A stretch of DNA of 64,000 nt, taken from NCBI GenBank assembly GCA_965247115.1, contig CBDFGR010000003.1, positions 2,080,001-2,144,000 on the forward strand, written 5' to 3'. The stretch's first letter is position 1; each line of letters opens with the position of its first letter. The notes beneath the pieces were generated by a model that made no database searches, was not told the origin of the DNA, and saw only the letters and a program-made list of their open reading frames with translations. Source of the DNA: Myxococcota bacterium (GTDB taxonomy: Bacteria; Myxococcota_A; UBA9160; SZUA-336). Positions 36,470-49,372 of this stretch are shown in pieces. The translations under genes and the position numbers were made by a program.

Positions 36470-39034
36470 ATGGCTGATGTCGTAGATACCCCGGCTACCC
36501 CGGCGGCCCCGGCGCATCCACCGCATAACCCGCCGGTCCCGGTGAACATCGAGGACGAGATGCGGAGCTCGTTTCTCGACTACTCGATGTCCGTCATCAT
36601 CACCCGGGCCCTGCCCGATGTGCGCGATGGCCTCAAGCCCTCCCAGCGCCGCATTCTGGTCACGTTCAACGACCTGAACCTGGCCGCAGACCGTCCGTAC
36701 CGGAAGTGCGCCAAGATCTCCGGGGACGTCTCAGGCAACTACCATCCTCACGGCGAGGTAGTCGTCTACCCCTCGATCGTTCGCCTCGCCCAGCCCTTCG
36801 CGCTGCGCTACCCGCTGGTGGACGGTCAGGGCAACTTCGGCTCGATCGACGGTGATCCGCCGGCGGCCATGCGCTACACGGAGGCGCGGCTCTCGCGGAT
36901 CGCGGCCGAGCTGCTGGCTGATCTCGAGCGGGACACCGTCGACTTCATCCCGAACTACGACAACACCCGCACCGAGCCGATGGTTCTACCGACGCGGCTG
37001 CCGAACCTCGTCGTCAATGGCTCCTCAGGCATCGCCGTGGGGATGGCGACGAACATCCCGCCCCACAACCTGGGCGAGGTCGTGGACGCGCTCGTCCTGT
37101 TGGCGCAAGAGCCCAAGTCCAGCCTCGACCTTGTGATGGAGAAGCTGCCCGCTCCGGACTTCCCGACCGGCGCAATGATCTGCGGGGGAGGCGGCATCCG
37201 TTCGGCGTACCGAACCGGTCGGGGCTTGCTCACCGTCCGCGCGCAGACACAGCTGGAGGAGGCACGAGGCGGCCGCGAGCGCATCGTGATCAGCGAGATC
37301 CCGTACATGGTCAACAAGGCGTCGATGATCGAGAAGATCGCCGACCTGGTGCGCGACGGCAGAATCGACGGGATCAGTGACATCCGCGACGAATCCGACC
37401 GCCGCGGCATGCGCGTGGTGATCGAGCTGAAGAAGGAAGCCGACGACCAGGTGATCCTGAACCAGCTCTACAAGCTCTCACCGATGCAGACCACCTTCGG
37501 CGTGAACATGGTGGCTCTCGTCAACAACCGGCCGCGCACCCTGGGCCTCGTCGCGCTGCTCAATCACTTCCTCGACTTCCGCCGCGAGGTGGTGCGTCGA
37601 CGCGCCGCCTACGATCTGCGCCAGGCGCGGGAGCGCGCCCACATTCTCGAGGGCTTTGCCCGCGCGCTGGACGACCTGGATGCGGTGATCGCCCTGATCC
37701 GACGCAGCGAGAGCCCAGCCCTCGCGCGCACGGGACTGGTCGACGAGTTCGAGCTCAGCGAGCTGCAGGCGCAGGCGATTCTCGAGCTGCGTCTGCAGCG
37801 GCTGACGGCGCTCGAGCGCCAGCGCATCCTCGACGAGCTAACGGAGATCCGCGCCAGGATCGAGCAGCTCAAGGAGCTCCTGGCCAGCGAGGACATGGTC
37901 ACCGACATGATCGTGGAAGAGCTCGGGGACCTGCGCGAGCGCTATGCCGACCCGCGCCGCACCGAGCTCGCCGCCGAGGCCGAGGAGCTCCGCGCCGAGG
38001 ACCTGATCCGCGATGAGGACATGGTGGTGACAGTCAGCCACCTGGGGTACGTGAAGCGCCACGCCCCTGCCCTGTACCGCGCCCAGCGCCGCGGCGGTAA
38101 GGGCAAGATTGCGACGACGACGCGCGAGGAGGACTTCGTCACCCAGCTCTTCATCGCGACGACCCACTCTTCTCTGCTCTGCTTCACGAACCGTGGCAGG
38201 GTCCACTGGCTCAAGGTTTACGAGCTGCCAGAGCTGTCGAGGGGCGCACGCGGGAAGGCGCTCCAGAACCTGCTGAGCCTCGGTTCGGGTGAGCGCGTCT
38301 CGGAAGTGCTGCCCGTGTCGAACTTCGACGACGGTGGCTACGTGGTGCTCGCGACCCGCCTCGGGACCATCAAGAAGACCTCGCTGGACGCCTACTCGAG
38401 CCCGCGCCGGGGCGGGATCATCGCGCTCAACCTGCATGAGGGCGACGAGCTCATTGGGGCCGCGCGCACGTATGGCGATGCCGAGCTCCTGATCGTGACG
38501 CAGGGCGGCAAGGCAATCCGATTCGAGGAGTCACAGGTTCGCGCGATGGGGCGTACGGCGGCCGGCGTGAAGGCGATCGGGGCACGGCCTGGTGACGCCG
38601 CCGTCGGGATGGAAGTGCTCAAACCCGGCCGCACCATCCTGACGGTGACCGAGAGGGGCTACGGAAAGCGCACGCCACTGGCCGAGTACCGCGAACAGAA
38701 CCGTGGCGGGCAGGGAATCATCACCATCAAGAGCACTCCGCGCAACGGGATGGTCGTGGGTATCCTGCAGGTCGCGGAGGAAGACGAGGTGATGCTGGTC
38801 ACGGACGGAGGCAAGATCATCCGCACCCGCGCTGCAGGGATCCCGACCATGGGCCGCAACACCCAGGGTGTTCGGGTCATGGAGACGAGCGAAGATGAAC
38901 GGGTGGTCTCGGTGGCGCGCGTCGCGGACAGCGAGGAGGTCCCGTCCGCAGACGCGGGTAAGACCGAAGACGCCGGTAAGACCGAAGACGCCGGTGAGAC
39001 CGCAGACGCGGCAAAGACGCCGCCTGTCGCCTGA
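36470..39034 (+). CDS. gyrA: DNA gyrase subunit A
   Basis: RALPDVRDGLKP, AAMRYTEAR, GyrA-box QRRGGKG. Confidence 0.98.
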   Translation: MADVVDTPATPAAPAHPPHNPPVPVNIEDEMRSSFLDYSMSVIITRALPDVRDGLKPSQRRILVTFNDLNLAADRPYRKCAKISGDVSGNYHPHGEVVVYPSIVRLAQPFALRYPLVDGQGNFGSIDGDPPAAMRYTEARLSRIAAELLADLERDTVDFIPNYDNTRTEPMVLPTRLPNLVVNGSSGIAVGMATNIPPHNLGEVVDALVLLAQEPKSSLDLVMEKLPAPDFPTGAMICGGGGIRSAYRTGRGLLTVRAQTQLEEARGGRERIVISEIPYMVNKASMIEKIADLVRDGRIDGISDIRDESDRRGMRVVIELKKEADDQVILNQLYKLSPMQTTFGVNMVALVNNRPRTLGLVALLNHFLDFRREVVRRRAAYDLRQARERAHILEGFARALDDLDAVIALIRRSESPALARTGLVDEFELSELQAQAILELRLQRLTALERQRILDELTEIRARIEQLKELLASEDMVTDMIVEELGDLRERYADPRRTELAAEAEELRAEDLIRDEDMVVTVSHLGYVKRHAPALYRAQRRGGKGKIATTTREEDFVTQLFIATTHSSLLCFTNRGRVHWLKVYELPELSRGARGKALQNLLSLGSGERVSEVLPVSNFDDGGYVVLATRLGTIKKTSLDAYSSPRRGGIIALNLHEGDELIGAARTYGDAELLIVTQGGKAIRFEESQVRAMGRTAAGVKAIGARPGDAAVGMEVLKPGRTILTVTERGYGKRTPLAEYREQNRGGQGIITIKSTPRNGMVVGILQVAEEDEVMLVTDGGKIIRTRAAGIPTMGRNTQGVRVMETSEDERVVSVARVADSEEVPSADAGKTEDAGKTEDAGETADAAKTPPVA

Positions 39035-39037
39035 GAA

Positions 39038-40324
39038 ATGCGAACCCAACGCTCCAGGAAGCTGATGAAGCGGGCTCGAGCGGTGATCCCCGGCGGGGTG
39101 AACAGCCCCGTGCGGGCCTTCGGCTCGGTTGGTGGGACGGCGCGCTTCATCAAGCAGGCGACGGGCGCCCGCGTCGAGGACGAGGACGGCAACCGCTACA
39201 TCGACTACGTGGCCTCGTGGGGGCCGATCATCGTCGGTCACGCCCACCCCGTGGTGGTCGAGGCGGTCCGCAGTGCCGCGGCGCGGGGCACCAGCTTTGG
39301 AGCGCCGACGGAGGCAGAGGTGCTGCTCGCCGAGCGCGTCACCGAACTCGTTCCCTCCGTCGAGATGCTGCGCCTGGTCAACTCCGGCACCGAGGCGGTG
39401 ATGAGTGCCCTGCGCCTCGCGCGCGGCGCTACCGGCCGGGACAAGATCCTCAAGTTCGAGGGCTGCTATCATGGCCATCCTGACGCCATGCTGGCCGCGG
39501 CTGGCTCAGGGGTGGCCACGCTGGGAATTCCCGGCACGGACGGGGTCCCGCGAACGGCCGTGGCCGACACGATCGTCGTCCCGTACAACGACCTGGACGC
39601 AGTGGAGTCCGTCTTCGTCGACGCGTCGGACGAGATCGCGGCCATCATCGTGGAGCCCGTTGCCGCGAACATGGGCATGGTGCGTGCGCAGCCGAAGTTT
39701 CTCAACGGGCTCCGCGAGGTCTGCGACACCTACGGCAGTCTGCTGATCTTCGACGAGGTGATCACGGGCTTTCGGGTGGGTCTATCGGGTGCGCAGGGTA
39801 GGCTCGAGGTCAGCCCGGACCTCTCGACCTTCGGCAAGGTCATCGGCGGAGGATTGCCCGTCGGAGCGTACGGTGGCAAGCGCAGCCTGATGGAGAAGAT
39901 CGCGCCGGAGGGTCCAATCTTTCAAGCGGGCACCCTGTCGGGCAATCCGCTGGCGACGGCTGCCGGCCTTGCCGTGCTCGACCTGTTGTCGAGAGAGGGG
40001 ACCTTCGAGAGCCTCGAGGCGACTTCGCGAAGCCTGGCTCAGGGGCTGCAGAAGCTCGCGGACGAGGCCGAGGTCCCGTTCGTGAGCGACTTCATCGGCG
40101 GGATCCTGGGATTCTTCTTTCGAAGCGGGCTTCCACGCACGTTCGATGACGTGCGCGCGGCCGACCACGAACGCTACAAGCTGTTCTTCCAGGCCATGCT
40201 CGAGCAGGGCGTCTACCTCGCGCCCTCTGGCTACGAGGTCGCGTTCGTGACGACCGCCCACGCTGAGGAGGAGCTCGAGCTCACGCTCGCCGCGGCCCGC
40301 AAGGCGTTCAAGAAGGTCGCGTAG
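39038..40324 (+). CDS. hemL: Glutamate-1-semialdehyde 2,1-aminomutase
   Basis: IPGGVNSPVRAF, NSGTEA, FGKVIGGGLPVG, QAGTLSGNP. Confidence 0.97.
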   Translation: MRTQRSRKLMKRARAVIPGGVNSPVRAFGSVGGTARFIKQATGARVEDEDGNRYIDYVASWGPIIVGHAHPVVVEAVRSAAARGTSFGAPTEAEVLLAERVTELVPSVEMLRLVNSGTEAVMSALRLARGATGRDKILKFEGCYHGHPDAMLAAAGSGVATLGIPGTDGVPRTAVADTIVVPYNDLDAVESVFVDASDEIAAIIVEPVAANMGMVRAQPKFLNGLREVCDTYGSLLIFDEVITGFRVGLSGAQGRLEVSPDLSTFGKVIGGGLPVGAYGGKRSLMEKIAPEGPIFQAGTLSGNPLATAAGLAVLDLLSREGTFESLEATSRSLAQGLQKLADEAEVPFVSDFIGGILGFFFRSGLPRTFDDVRAADHERYKLFFQAMLEQGVYLAPSGYEVAFVTTAHAEEELELTLAAARKAFKKVA

Positions 40325-40606
40325 TTGGCGCTGCGATCGCAGCCAAGGTCTACGGCACTCGGCAGGGCGCTCGAGCTCGGCATCCAGTTCGGGGCCTGCG
40401 TCCTCGTCGGTATGGGCCTCGGGTACTATCTGGACCGCTGGCTGGGGACCGCGCCCCTCTTTCTCCTGATCTTCATGCTGTTCGGGTTCGCGGCCGGCCT
40501 GCGGACGCTACTCCGCTTCGCGCGCGACTCGTCGGCCCCTGGACCCTCCATGGCGGACGACTCCAAGCGCGACGAGGCGCCTCCGCCGCAGGACTCGAGA
40601 GAGTGA
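40325..40606 (+). CDS. AtpZ/AtpI-family (gene 1) small membrane protein
   Basis: GLGYYLDRWLGTAP..LFGFAAG; precedes atpB. Confidence 0.85.
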   Translation: MALRSQPRSTALGRALELGIQFGACVLVGMGLGYYLDRWLGTAPLFLLIFMLFGFAAGLRTLLRFARDSSAPGPSMADDSKRDEAPPPQDSRE

Positions 40607-40992
40607 TCGCCACGCCACGAACGCTCCACGGCAGGCAGTTCCTGGTTCTCGTGGTTGCATTCGTGGCTTCCTTTCCGTATGGATGGCGCGCTAGCGCGAG
40701 CGTTGCACTGGGTGGAGGGATTCAGGCCGTGAACTTGAAGGCGCTGGAACGCGGAGTGGCCTGGCTGCTGGGGCTTCGCACGGCCGGTGGGCCGCTCGGC
40801 GGCGGCGCGCGGCTGGGCGCCGCTCTCCTGGTTCAGCTGCGCTGGATGATCTTGCTCACGGCGGTAGCGGTCATCCTGTTGACGTTGCCCGTCGAGCCGA
40901 TCGCCCTCCTCGTTGGGCTCTCGACGGCGGTGCTCGCGGTGATCTGGCACGGTTTCGCAACCGCGCGCCCGTCTCGAACTGGACAGCCCTAG
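40603..40992 (+). CDS. ATP synthase subunit I-like membrane protein
   Basis: About four hydrophobic segments; lies between atpZ and atpB. Confidence 0.75.
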   Translation: MIATPRTLHGRQFLVLVVAFVASFPYGWRASASVALGGGIQAVNLKALERGVAWLLGLRTAGGPLGGGARLGAALLVQLRWMILLTAVAVILLTLPVEPIALLVGLSTAVLAVIWHGFATARPSRTGQP

Positions 40993-40995
40993 CCC

Positions 40996-41685
40996 ATGCC
41001 GCATCTCCCGACCGTCTTTGACCAGCTCGAGGCCTACGTGGCCGCTCCCGTAGCGACCCTGGTGCTCACCGTCCTGCTCCTCGGACTGATGGCGCTCGCG
41101 ATCTCCTCGGGACTCGCGAAGGATCCGGGCATCGTCCCTTCCGAGAAGCTCACCCTGCGCAACTTCCTGGAGATCCTGCTGGAGGGCATGGGCGGTCAGA
41201 TGAAAGCCGCGATCGGACCGGAGTGGCAGCGCTACGTGCCCCTGGTCTGCACGCTCGGTCTCTTCATCCTGATCTCGAACCTGACCGGGCTGATCCCGTT
41301 CTTTACCGGCCCCACGACCTTCATCGAGACCAACCTCGCCTGGGCCGTGATCTCGTTCATCTCCTACAACGCGGTCGGGATCCAGCACCACGGCCTGGCC
41401 TACTTCAAGCGCTTTCTAGGTCCGGTGCCGCTGCTCATCCCGTTGATGATGCCCATCGAGATCATCAATCACCTCGCCCGCATGCTCTCCCTCACCATCC
41501 GCCTGACGGCGAACATGTTCGCCGACCACACACTGGTCGCGATCTTCGTGACGATGCCGGTAGTGGGCTTCTTCGTGCCCTGGGCGATGATGGGCATGGG
41601 GATCTTCATTGCCCTCTTGCAGGCGTTCATATTCTCGTACTTGACAGTGGTCTTCATCGGGGAGGCGCTGGAAGAAGCGCACTAG
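40996..41685 (+). CDS. atpB: ATP synthase Fo subunit a
   Basis: ISNLTGLIP, RMLSLTIRLTANM, LQAFIF. Confidence 0.96.
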   Translation: MPHLPTVFDQLEAYVAAPVATLVLTVLLLGLMALAISSGLAKDPGIVPSEKLTLRNFLEILLEGMGGQMKAAIGPEWQRYVPLVCTLGLFILISNLTGLIPFFTGPTTFIETNLAWAVISFISYNAVGIQHHGLAYFKRFLGPVPLLIPLMMPIEIINHLARMLSLTIRLTANMFADHTLVAIFVTMPVVGFFVPWAMMGMGIFIALLQAFIFSYLTVVFIGEALEEAH

Positions 41686-41710
41686 CCCTGAGTCCTGGAG
41701 GTAACGACCG

Positions 41711-42016
41711 ATGCGCGTACTCTCGACAATGGCTCTGATCTTCGTCTCCGTGCTGCTCGCTCCGAACGTCGCCCTGGCGGCAGAGGCAAGCGTGGGCTGG
41801 GGCATAGGCATCGGAGCAGGACTGGCAATCGGCCTCGCTGGCCTCGGCTGTGGCGTCGGCCAGGGTCTGGCGGGCGCATTTGCGGTGCAGGGTGTCGCGC
41901 GCAACCCCGGAGCCGCTGGACAGATCCAGACTCCCATGATCATCACCCTGGCGCTGATCGAGTCCATCTCGCTCTACGGGCTCGTGATTGCCATCCTGCT
42001 CGTTGGCGAGCTCTGA
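41711..42016 (+). CDS. atpE: ATP synthase Fo subunit c with N-terminal extension
   Basis: GxGxGQG, ARNP loop, LIES..Y. Confidence 0.96.
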   Translation: MRVLSTMALIFVSVLLAPNVALAAEASVGWGIGIGAGLAIGLAGLGCGVGQGLAGAFAVQGVARNPGAAGQIQTPMIITLALIESISLYGLVIAILLVGEL

Positions 42017-42231
42017 GCCGACTGCGGCGCAGAGCCGTTTCCCGAAGCTGACGTCAGTCGCGCGAGGTGTTCACATGCGCCCGGCGGGAACTCCCGATCT
42101 CGCACACTTACGCTGGGCATGCTGCTTGCTCCAACCGGTTCGGGGCCCAACGGGCATCCCTCTAACGGGACCGGGGATACCGTCCGGGCCCTAGCCGGAT
42201 GGGGACTGGGGACAGGCGTGCGGTTAACGGG

Positions 42232-42855
42232 GTGAGGCGCGCGCCGACCCCATCCGGCAATCCCGCCCGAGGACGGTTCATCGTCCTGGAGGGCGTCGAC
42301 GGCAGCGGCAAGACCACGCAGATCGCCCGCGTTGTCGCGTGGCTGCGCGAACGAGGAGCGCCGGTAGTGGAGACGCGCGAGCCGACCGCGGGAGTTTGGG
42401 GCAGCCGCTATCGCAGCTGGGCACGCGGCGAGATCTCGGCGACGCCAGAGGACGTGCTGCGCTTCTTCGTCGAGGACCGCCGCGAGCACGCCGAACGGCT
42501 GATCAACCCCGAGCTGGCACGCGGCTCGGTCATCATCTCCGATCGCTACTATTACTCGACCCTTGCCTACCAGGCGGCGCAGGGCATCGATCGCGCGACG
42601 CTCACGGAGCAGCTCGAGATCGACGAATTGCCACAGCCCGACCTCGCGCTGTGGCTGCGACTTCCGGTCGCACTCGCGCTGGAGCGCGCGGGCGCGGCGG
42701 CAGTCGAGCCCTTCGAAAAAGCAGCATTCCTGGAGCGCGTGGACGCGGAGTACGAACGCATGGGGTTGGTGGAGATCGACGCCAGTGGGACCGTCCGGGA
42801 GGTTGAAGACGCGATACGTGTGGCTGTTGAGGAGCTGATTGGAGACCAGAACTGA
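42232..42855 (+). CDS. tmk: Thymidylate kinase
   Basis: FIVLEGVDGSGKTTQ, TREP, SDRY..AYQ; start uncertain (42199 or 42232). Confidence 0.93.
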   Translation: MRRAPTPSGNPARGRFIVLEGVDGSGKTTQIARVVAWLRERGAPVVETREPTAGVWGSRYRSWARGEISATPEDVLRFFVEDRREHAERLINPELARGSVIISDRYYYSTLAYQAAQGIDRATLTEQLEIDELPQPDLALWLRLPVALALERAGAAAVEPFEKAAFLERVDAEYERMGLVEIDASGTVREVEDAIRVAVEELIGDQN

Positions 42856-42876
42856 CGCCGGCGGACGCCTCCTTGC

Positions 42877-43638
42877 CTACCCGGCGCGGCGACGGGGTTC
42901 GCCGGGGCTGGTGTCGATAGGTGGTTTCCGGTCTTCGGCGCGGTCGGCGAGGTCAAGGAACTGGGCGGCCATTTTTGGACCGGCGGCTTCGTCCTCGTGT
43001 TTGAAGAAGATGAAGGCCTCGTTCCAGCCGTGGGTCTGGATGCGCTGGGCCCAGGCTGCGAGGTCGGCGCGGGTGTAGTCCTCGCGGCGCAGTCGGAGGT
43101 AGCCCCAGCTTGCGGCCGGGAGCTCGGCGTTGGCCGGGTTGTCTTTGGTGTCGGAGACGCAGAGGGCGAGGTCTCTGTCCGCGAGCACGCTCTCTACTCT
43201 GTCGTCGCGCCAGGATTCGTGGCGGAACTCGAAGGCGGCGGGGAGATCCTCTGGAAGGAGATCGAGGAAGGACTCGAGCCGCGGTAGGTCAGCCTTCATG
43301 TTCGGGGGGAGCTGGAAGAGGATTACGCCGCGGCGGTCGCCCAGCGTGCTCGTTACGCGCAGCAGGTATTCCGTCTCTTCATCGACGTCATTCAGGCGTT
43401 TAAAGTGGGTGATGCGGCGCGAGGCCTTGATGGAGAAGCGGAAGTGCTCCGGGACCTGGTCTGCCCAGGAGGAGACCACCTCGGCCTTGGGCATGCGGTA
43501 GAAAGTGTTGTTGATCTCGACGGCGGGCAGTCGCTCCGCGTAGAAGTGGAGCATTTCCTTCTGGGGAAGTCGCTCGGGGTAGAAGGGACCCTTCCACTCC
43601 TTGTAGCTGAAACCGCTCGTCCCTGCGTGTAGTCTCAC
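42877..43638 (-). CDS. DUF72-domain protein
   Basis: GTSGFSYKEWKGPFYP, VEINNTFY, FQLPP, EFRH, YLRLR. Confidence 0.88.
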   Translation of the reverse strand: MRLHAGTSGFSYKEWKGPFYPERLPQKEMLHFYAERLPAVEINNTFYRMPKAEVVSSWADQVPEHFRFSIKASRRITHFKRLNDVDEETEYLLRVTSTLGDRRGVILFQLPPNMKADLPRLESFLDLLPEDLPAAFEFRHESWRDDRVESVLADRDLALCVSDTKDNPANAELPAASWGYLRLRREDYTRADLAAWAQRIQTHGWNEAFIFFKHEDEAAGPKMAAQFLDLADRAEDRKPPIDTSPGEPRRRAG

Positions 43639-43667
43639 CAGCTTCTCCGAGGGGAAGGGGGCGATTA

Positions 43668-44503
43668 TCACACAATGGAGTCGTCGTCTGGCTCTTCCGG
43701 GCTACTGGCGTGAGCGGGAGCCGCGAAGCGACAAAGGCGCAGTCCCGCGCCCGTGAACAGACCTGCAAGAACCAGCCAGCCCAGCGGGGTGTGGGCAGCG
43801 GCGGCCTCGTCGAAGCCCGGGATGCCGTAAGCCCCGTACGCGGCGCCGACCGCCACCAGGCCCCATGAGACGTGCAGCAACAGCGAGGGCAGCAATGAGC
43901 CGGAGGTGTAGCGAAGGATGCCGAGGACCAGTGCGTTCAGCGCCGTAGGTGCCAGGGCCCATGGGTTGAACACCGCGATGGAGATGGCGATCGCATTCAG
44001 GAGCGAGGTGAAGAGAATGCCCCTTCGGGCCCCGAGCGTCTCGATCATGAGCGGCTGGAGCGCCCCGCGGAACAGCAGCTCCTGGGTCACGGGGTAGACG
44101 AACACGGAGACGAGCAGGAGCGCGAGAAACGACGCCGGCGCGGGGCTGTCTGGCGCCCGCATTGCCTCCGGGACGGGAAGGACCAGCTTGACCAGGTTGT
44201 CGACCTCGCTCGTGAGCAGGAGCGCCCACACGAGCAGGAGTGCGGCGATCCACGCGATCCGCGGCGGGCGCAGGAGTGCGAGGCCGAGCGTGGGTGGCTG
44301 AGCGATGCGGGGGATGCAGAGCGCGAAGGCGCCCCCGTAGGCCAGCAGTGCGGCCATGCCTACGAGCCCGATCCCGAAGGGGAAGCCCAGCGCAGCCAGG
44401 AACAGGATCGCGGTGCCGTGGAACAACCCGGTGAGGACTGCGATCGCCAGACCGAAGCGTGGCTGCAAGGGTGGCGTGAGCTCGGAGCCGCTTTCCTCGT
44501 CGC

Positions 44504-44507
<4 letters not shown>
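43668..44507 (-). CDS. CPBP/Abi (CAAX protease-like) membrane protein
   Basis: ATG overlaps the uvrA stop; multiple TM segments; [10 protein letters not shown] and [11 protein letters not shown]. Confidence 0.75.
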
Positions 44508-47335
<2,828 letters not shown>

Positions 47336-47360
47336 CCCCTCACTCCTCCCTGCGGTCCTG

Positions 47361-48341
47361 CTAGCGGACCTCGCCTCCCCGCGACGTTGGAGAGTTCGCG
47401 AGGTCACGCGCCAATGCTAGCGCTTCGAGCATCGATGCGGGATTGGCGCAGCCCCTCCCGGCGATGTCGAACGCGGTGCCGTGGTCGACGCTGGTACGGA
47501 TGAGGGGTAGGCCCAGCGTTACGTTCACCGCCTTCCCGAAGGCGTGGACCTTCATCGGGGCGAGAGCCTGATCGTGGTACATGCCCAGCACGGCATCGAA
47601 CTCGCCGCTGGCCGCGCGATAGAAGAGACTGTCGGCGGCATATGGGCCGCTGGCATCGATCCCGCTGGCGCGGGTGAGCGCGACCGCGGGAGCGATGATG
47701 GTCTTCTCCTCGTCGCCGAAGCGCCCCCCTTCTCCGGCGTGGGGATTGAGTCCGCAGACAGCGATGCGTGGCGCGTGGAGGCCGAAGCGCTCCGACAGGT
47801 CGCGGTGCATCACCCGGAGCACCTCCGCAATGCCTTCGCGGGTCAGCATGTCGGGCACGTCTCTGAGCGCGCAATGAACCGTGGCGAGGCCGACCCGCAG
47901 CGAGCCCCCGACGAGCAGCATCACCGCGCGGCCGCCGCCGCGACCGAGCATCTCGGCGGTGGCCTGCTGGAGCAGCTCGGTGTGACCCGGGTAGGGAAAG
48001 CCGGCGTCTCCAATGACCTGCTTGGAGATCGGCCCCGTAACCATCGCGTCCAGCTCGCCCGAGAGGCAGTCGCGCGCGGCGAGCCGGATCGCCTCGATCA
48101 CGCCCGAGGCCGTTCGAGAATCGGGACTGCCGGGGGTCGCGGGCGCCGAGGCGGTGTCCACCAACTCGACCTCGTCGGGCACGCCCCCCGCGCGCTCGAC
48201 CGCGCCGATGTCTCCGTACACCCGGAAGCTACCTCTGGCAGGGCTCAGGCTGCGCAGGGCCGCAGAGACGACCTCGGGTCCGATGCCTGAGGGGTCGCCG
48301 ACGGTGACGCCGAGGCGCGACACCTCACCAGTCTCGCTCAC
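47361..48341 (-). CDS. pdxA: 4-hydroxythreonine-4-phosphate dehydrogenase
   Basis: [40 protein letters not shown]. Confidence 0.95.
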   Translation of the reverse strand: MSETGEVSRLGVTVGDPSGIGPEVVSAALRSLSPARGSFRVYGDIGAVERAGGVPDEVELVDTASAPATPGSPDSRTASGVIEAIRLAARDCLSGELDAMVTGPISKQVIGDAGFPYPGHTELLQQATAEMLGRGGGRAVMLLVGGSLRVGLATVHCALRDVPDMLTREGIAEVLRVMHRDLSERFGLHAPRIAVCGLNPHAGEGGRFGDEEKTIIAPAVALTRASGIDASGPYAADSLFYRAASGEFDAVLGMYHDQALAPMKVHAFGKAVNVTLGLPLIRTSVDHGTAFDIAGRGCANPASMLEALALARDLANSPTSRGGEVR

Positions 48342-49372
48342 GGCGCTTCCACGATCTCGATGTACTGGGTCTCGCGCAGCTCCACCAGCCACTTCTCGAG
48401 CTCAGGCCCCGACTTCATGTCCTGCAGCTCGAAGCGCAGCTGCTCTTGCACATCTTCCAGCCGGATGGTGGACGGGTCGAAGCGGTCGATGAGCTGGAAC
48501 AGGTTGAGGCCGTACGCGGTCTCCACGATGGGGCTGATCTCGCCAGGACCCAGCTGCGCGAGCGCTGATTCGATCGCCGGGGGAGCCTCCCCCGGGCGAA
48601 ACGCGGTGAGTCCCCCGTTGGACGCGGTGGGAGCCGCGGAGTAGCGCCGTGCGAGCGACGCGAAGTCGCTGCTCTCGATGGCCTGCTCGCGCACCCCCTT
48701 GGCTGCCTGTATGAGTTGAGTACGTATCTCCGGAGTTGCATCCGGGGGCCACGGCAGCAGGATGTGGAGCACCCGCAGACGCTCCCCTGGGGAGACGTTT
48801 CCGTAGCGCTTCCGGAACAGCAGCTCTATTTCCTCGTCGCTCACGCTGACGCGGCTCTGCACCGAGCCCTGGACCACTCGCATCTTCGTCATCTGCTGTC
48901 CGAGCTGGGTGCGGTAGGCTTCGCGACTGATGCCCTGGGCCTGCACCGCTGCATAGACATCCTCGACGCTGACGCCCTCGTCGCTCGCGATCCCTTCAAT
49001 GGCCTGATCGATCTCGGGATCAGAGGCATTCATATCGTTGCGCTCGGCGATCTTCAGAATCAGCCTGTCGTCGATCAGCGAGCTCAGCGCCTGCTGCCGT
49101 GCCTCCCGTGCCATTTGCGGGGTCACGGAGCCCTGCTGTGCCTGCAACTGTGCGAGCATCTGGGCTGCCGTGCTACTCACTTCCGAGCGGAGGATCACGT
49201 CCTCGCCCACGATCGCTGCGATCCCGTCGACTTCGTCCGCGCCTGCGTGACCGGACACGACCAGCCACGCCATCATCACGAGACGGAGCCGCGTCCTCTT
49301 CGCGGTCCCCCGCGTCCTCTTCGCGGTCCCCCGCGTCCTCTTCGCGCTTCCTTGCGGATCCTCGCGCCTCAT
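48338..49372 (-). CDS. surA: SurA-like periplasmic chaperone/parvulin PPIase
   Basis: VDGIAAIVGEDVILRSE, HILL, FASLARRYS..GG; lies upstream of pdxA. Confidence 0.8.
   Translation of the reverse strand: MRREDPQGSAKRTRGTAKRTRGTAKRTRLRLVMMAWLVVSGHAGADEVDGIAAIVGEDVILRSEVSSTAAQMLAQLQAQQGSVTPQMAREARQQALSSLIDDRLILKIAERNDMNASDPEIDQAIEGIASDEGVSVEDVYAAVQAQGISREAYRTQLGQQMTKMRVVQGSVQSRVSVSDEEIELLFRKRYGNVSPGERLRVLHILLPWPPDATPEIRTQLIQAAKGVREQAIESSDFASLARRYSAAPTASNGGLTAFRPGEAPPAIESALAQLGPGEISPIVETAYGLNLFQLIDRFDPSTIRLEDVQEQLRFELQDMKSGPELEKWLVELRETQYIEIVEAP
49289..49346. repeat. 21-bp tandem repeat (about 2.7 copies) in the surA 5' end
   Basis: CCGCGTCCTCTTCGCGGTCCC units encoding (T/S)AKRTRG. Confidence 0.85.

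Noticed and set aside
41711..42016. Na+-translocating ATP synthase
   Set aside because: Subunit c has Q, E, S and Y but Ile at the Thr position (ESISLY) and Cys in place of Pro; the motif is incomplete, so the coupling ion cannot be called
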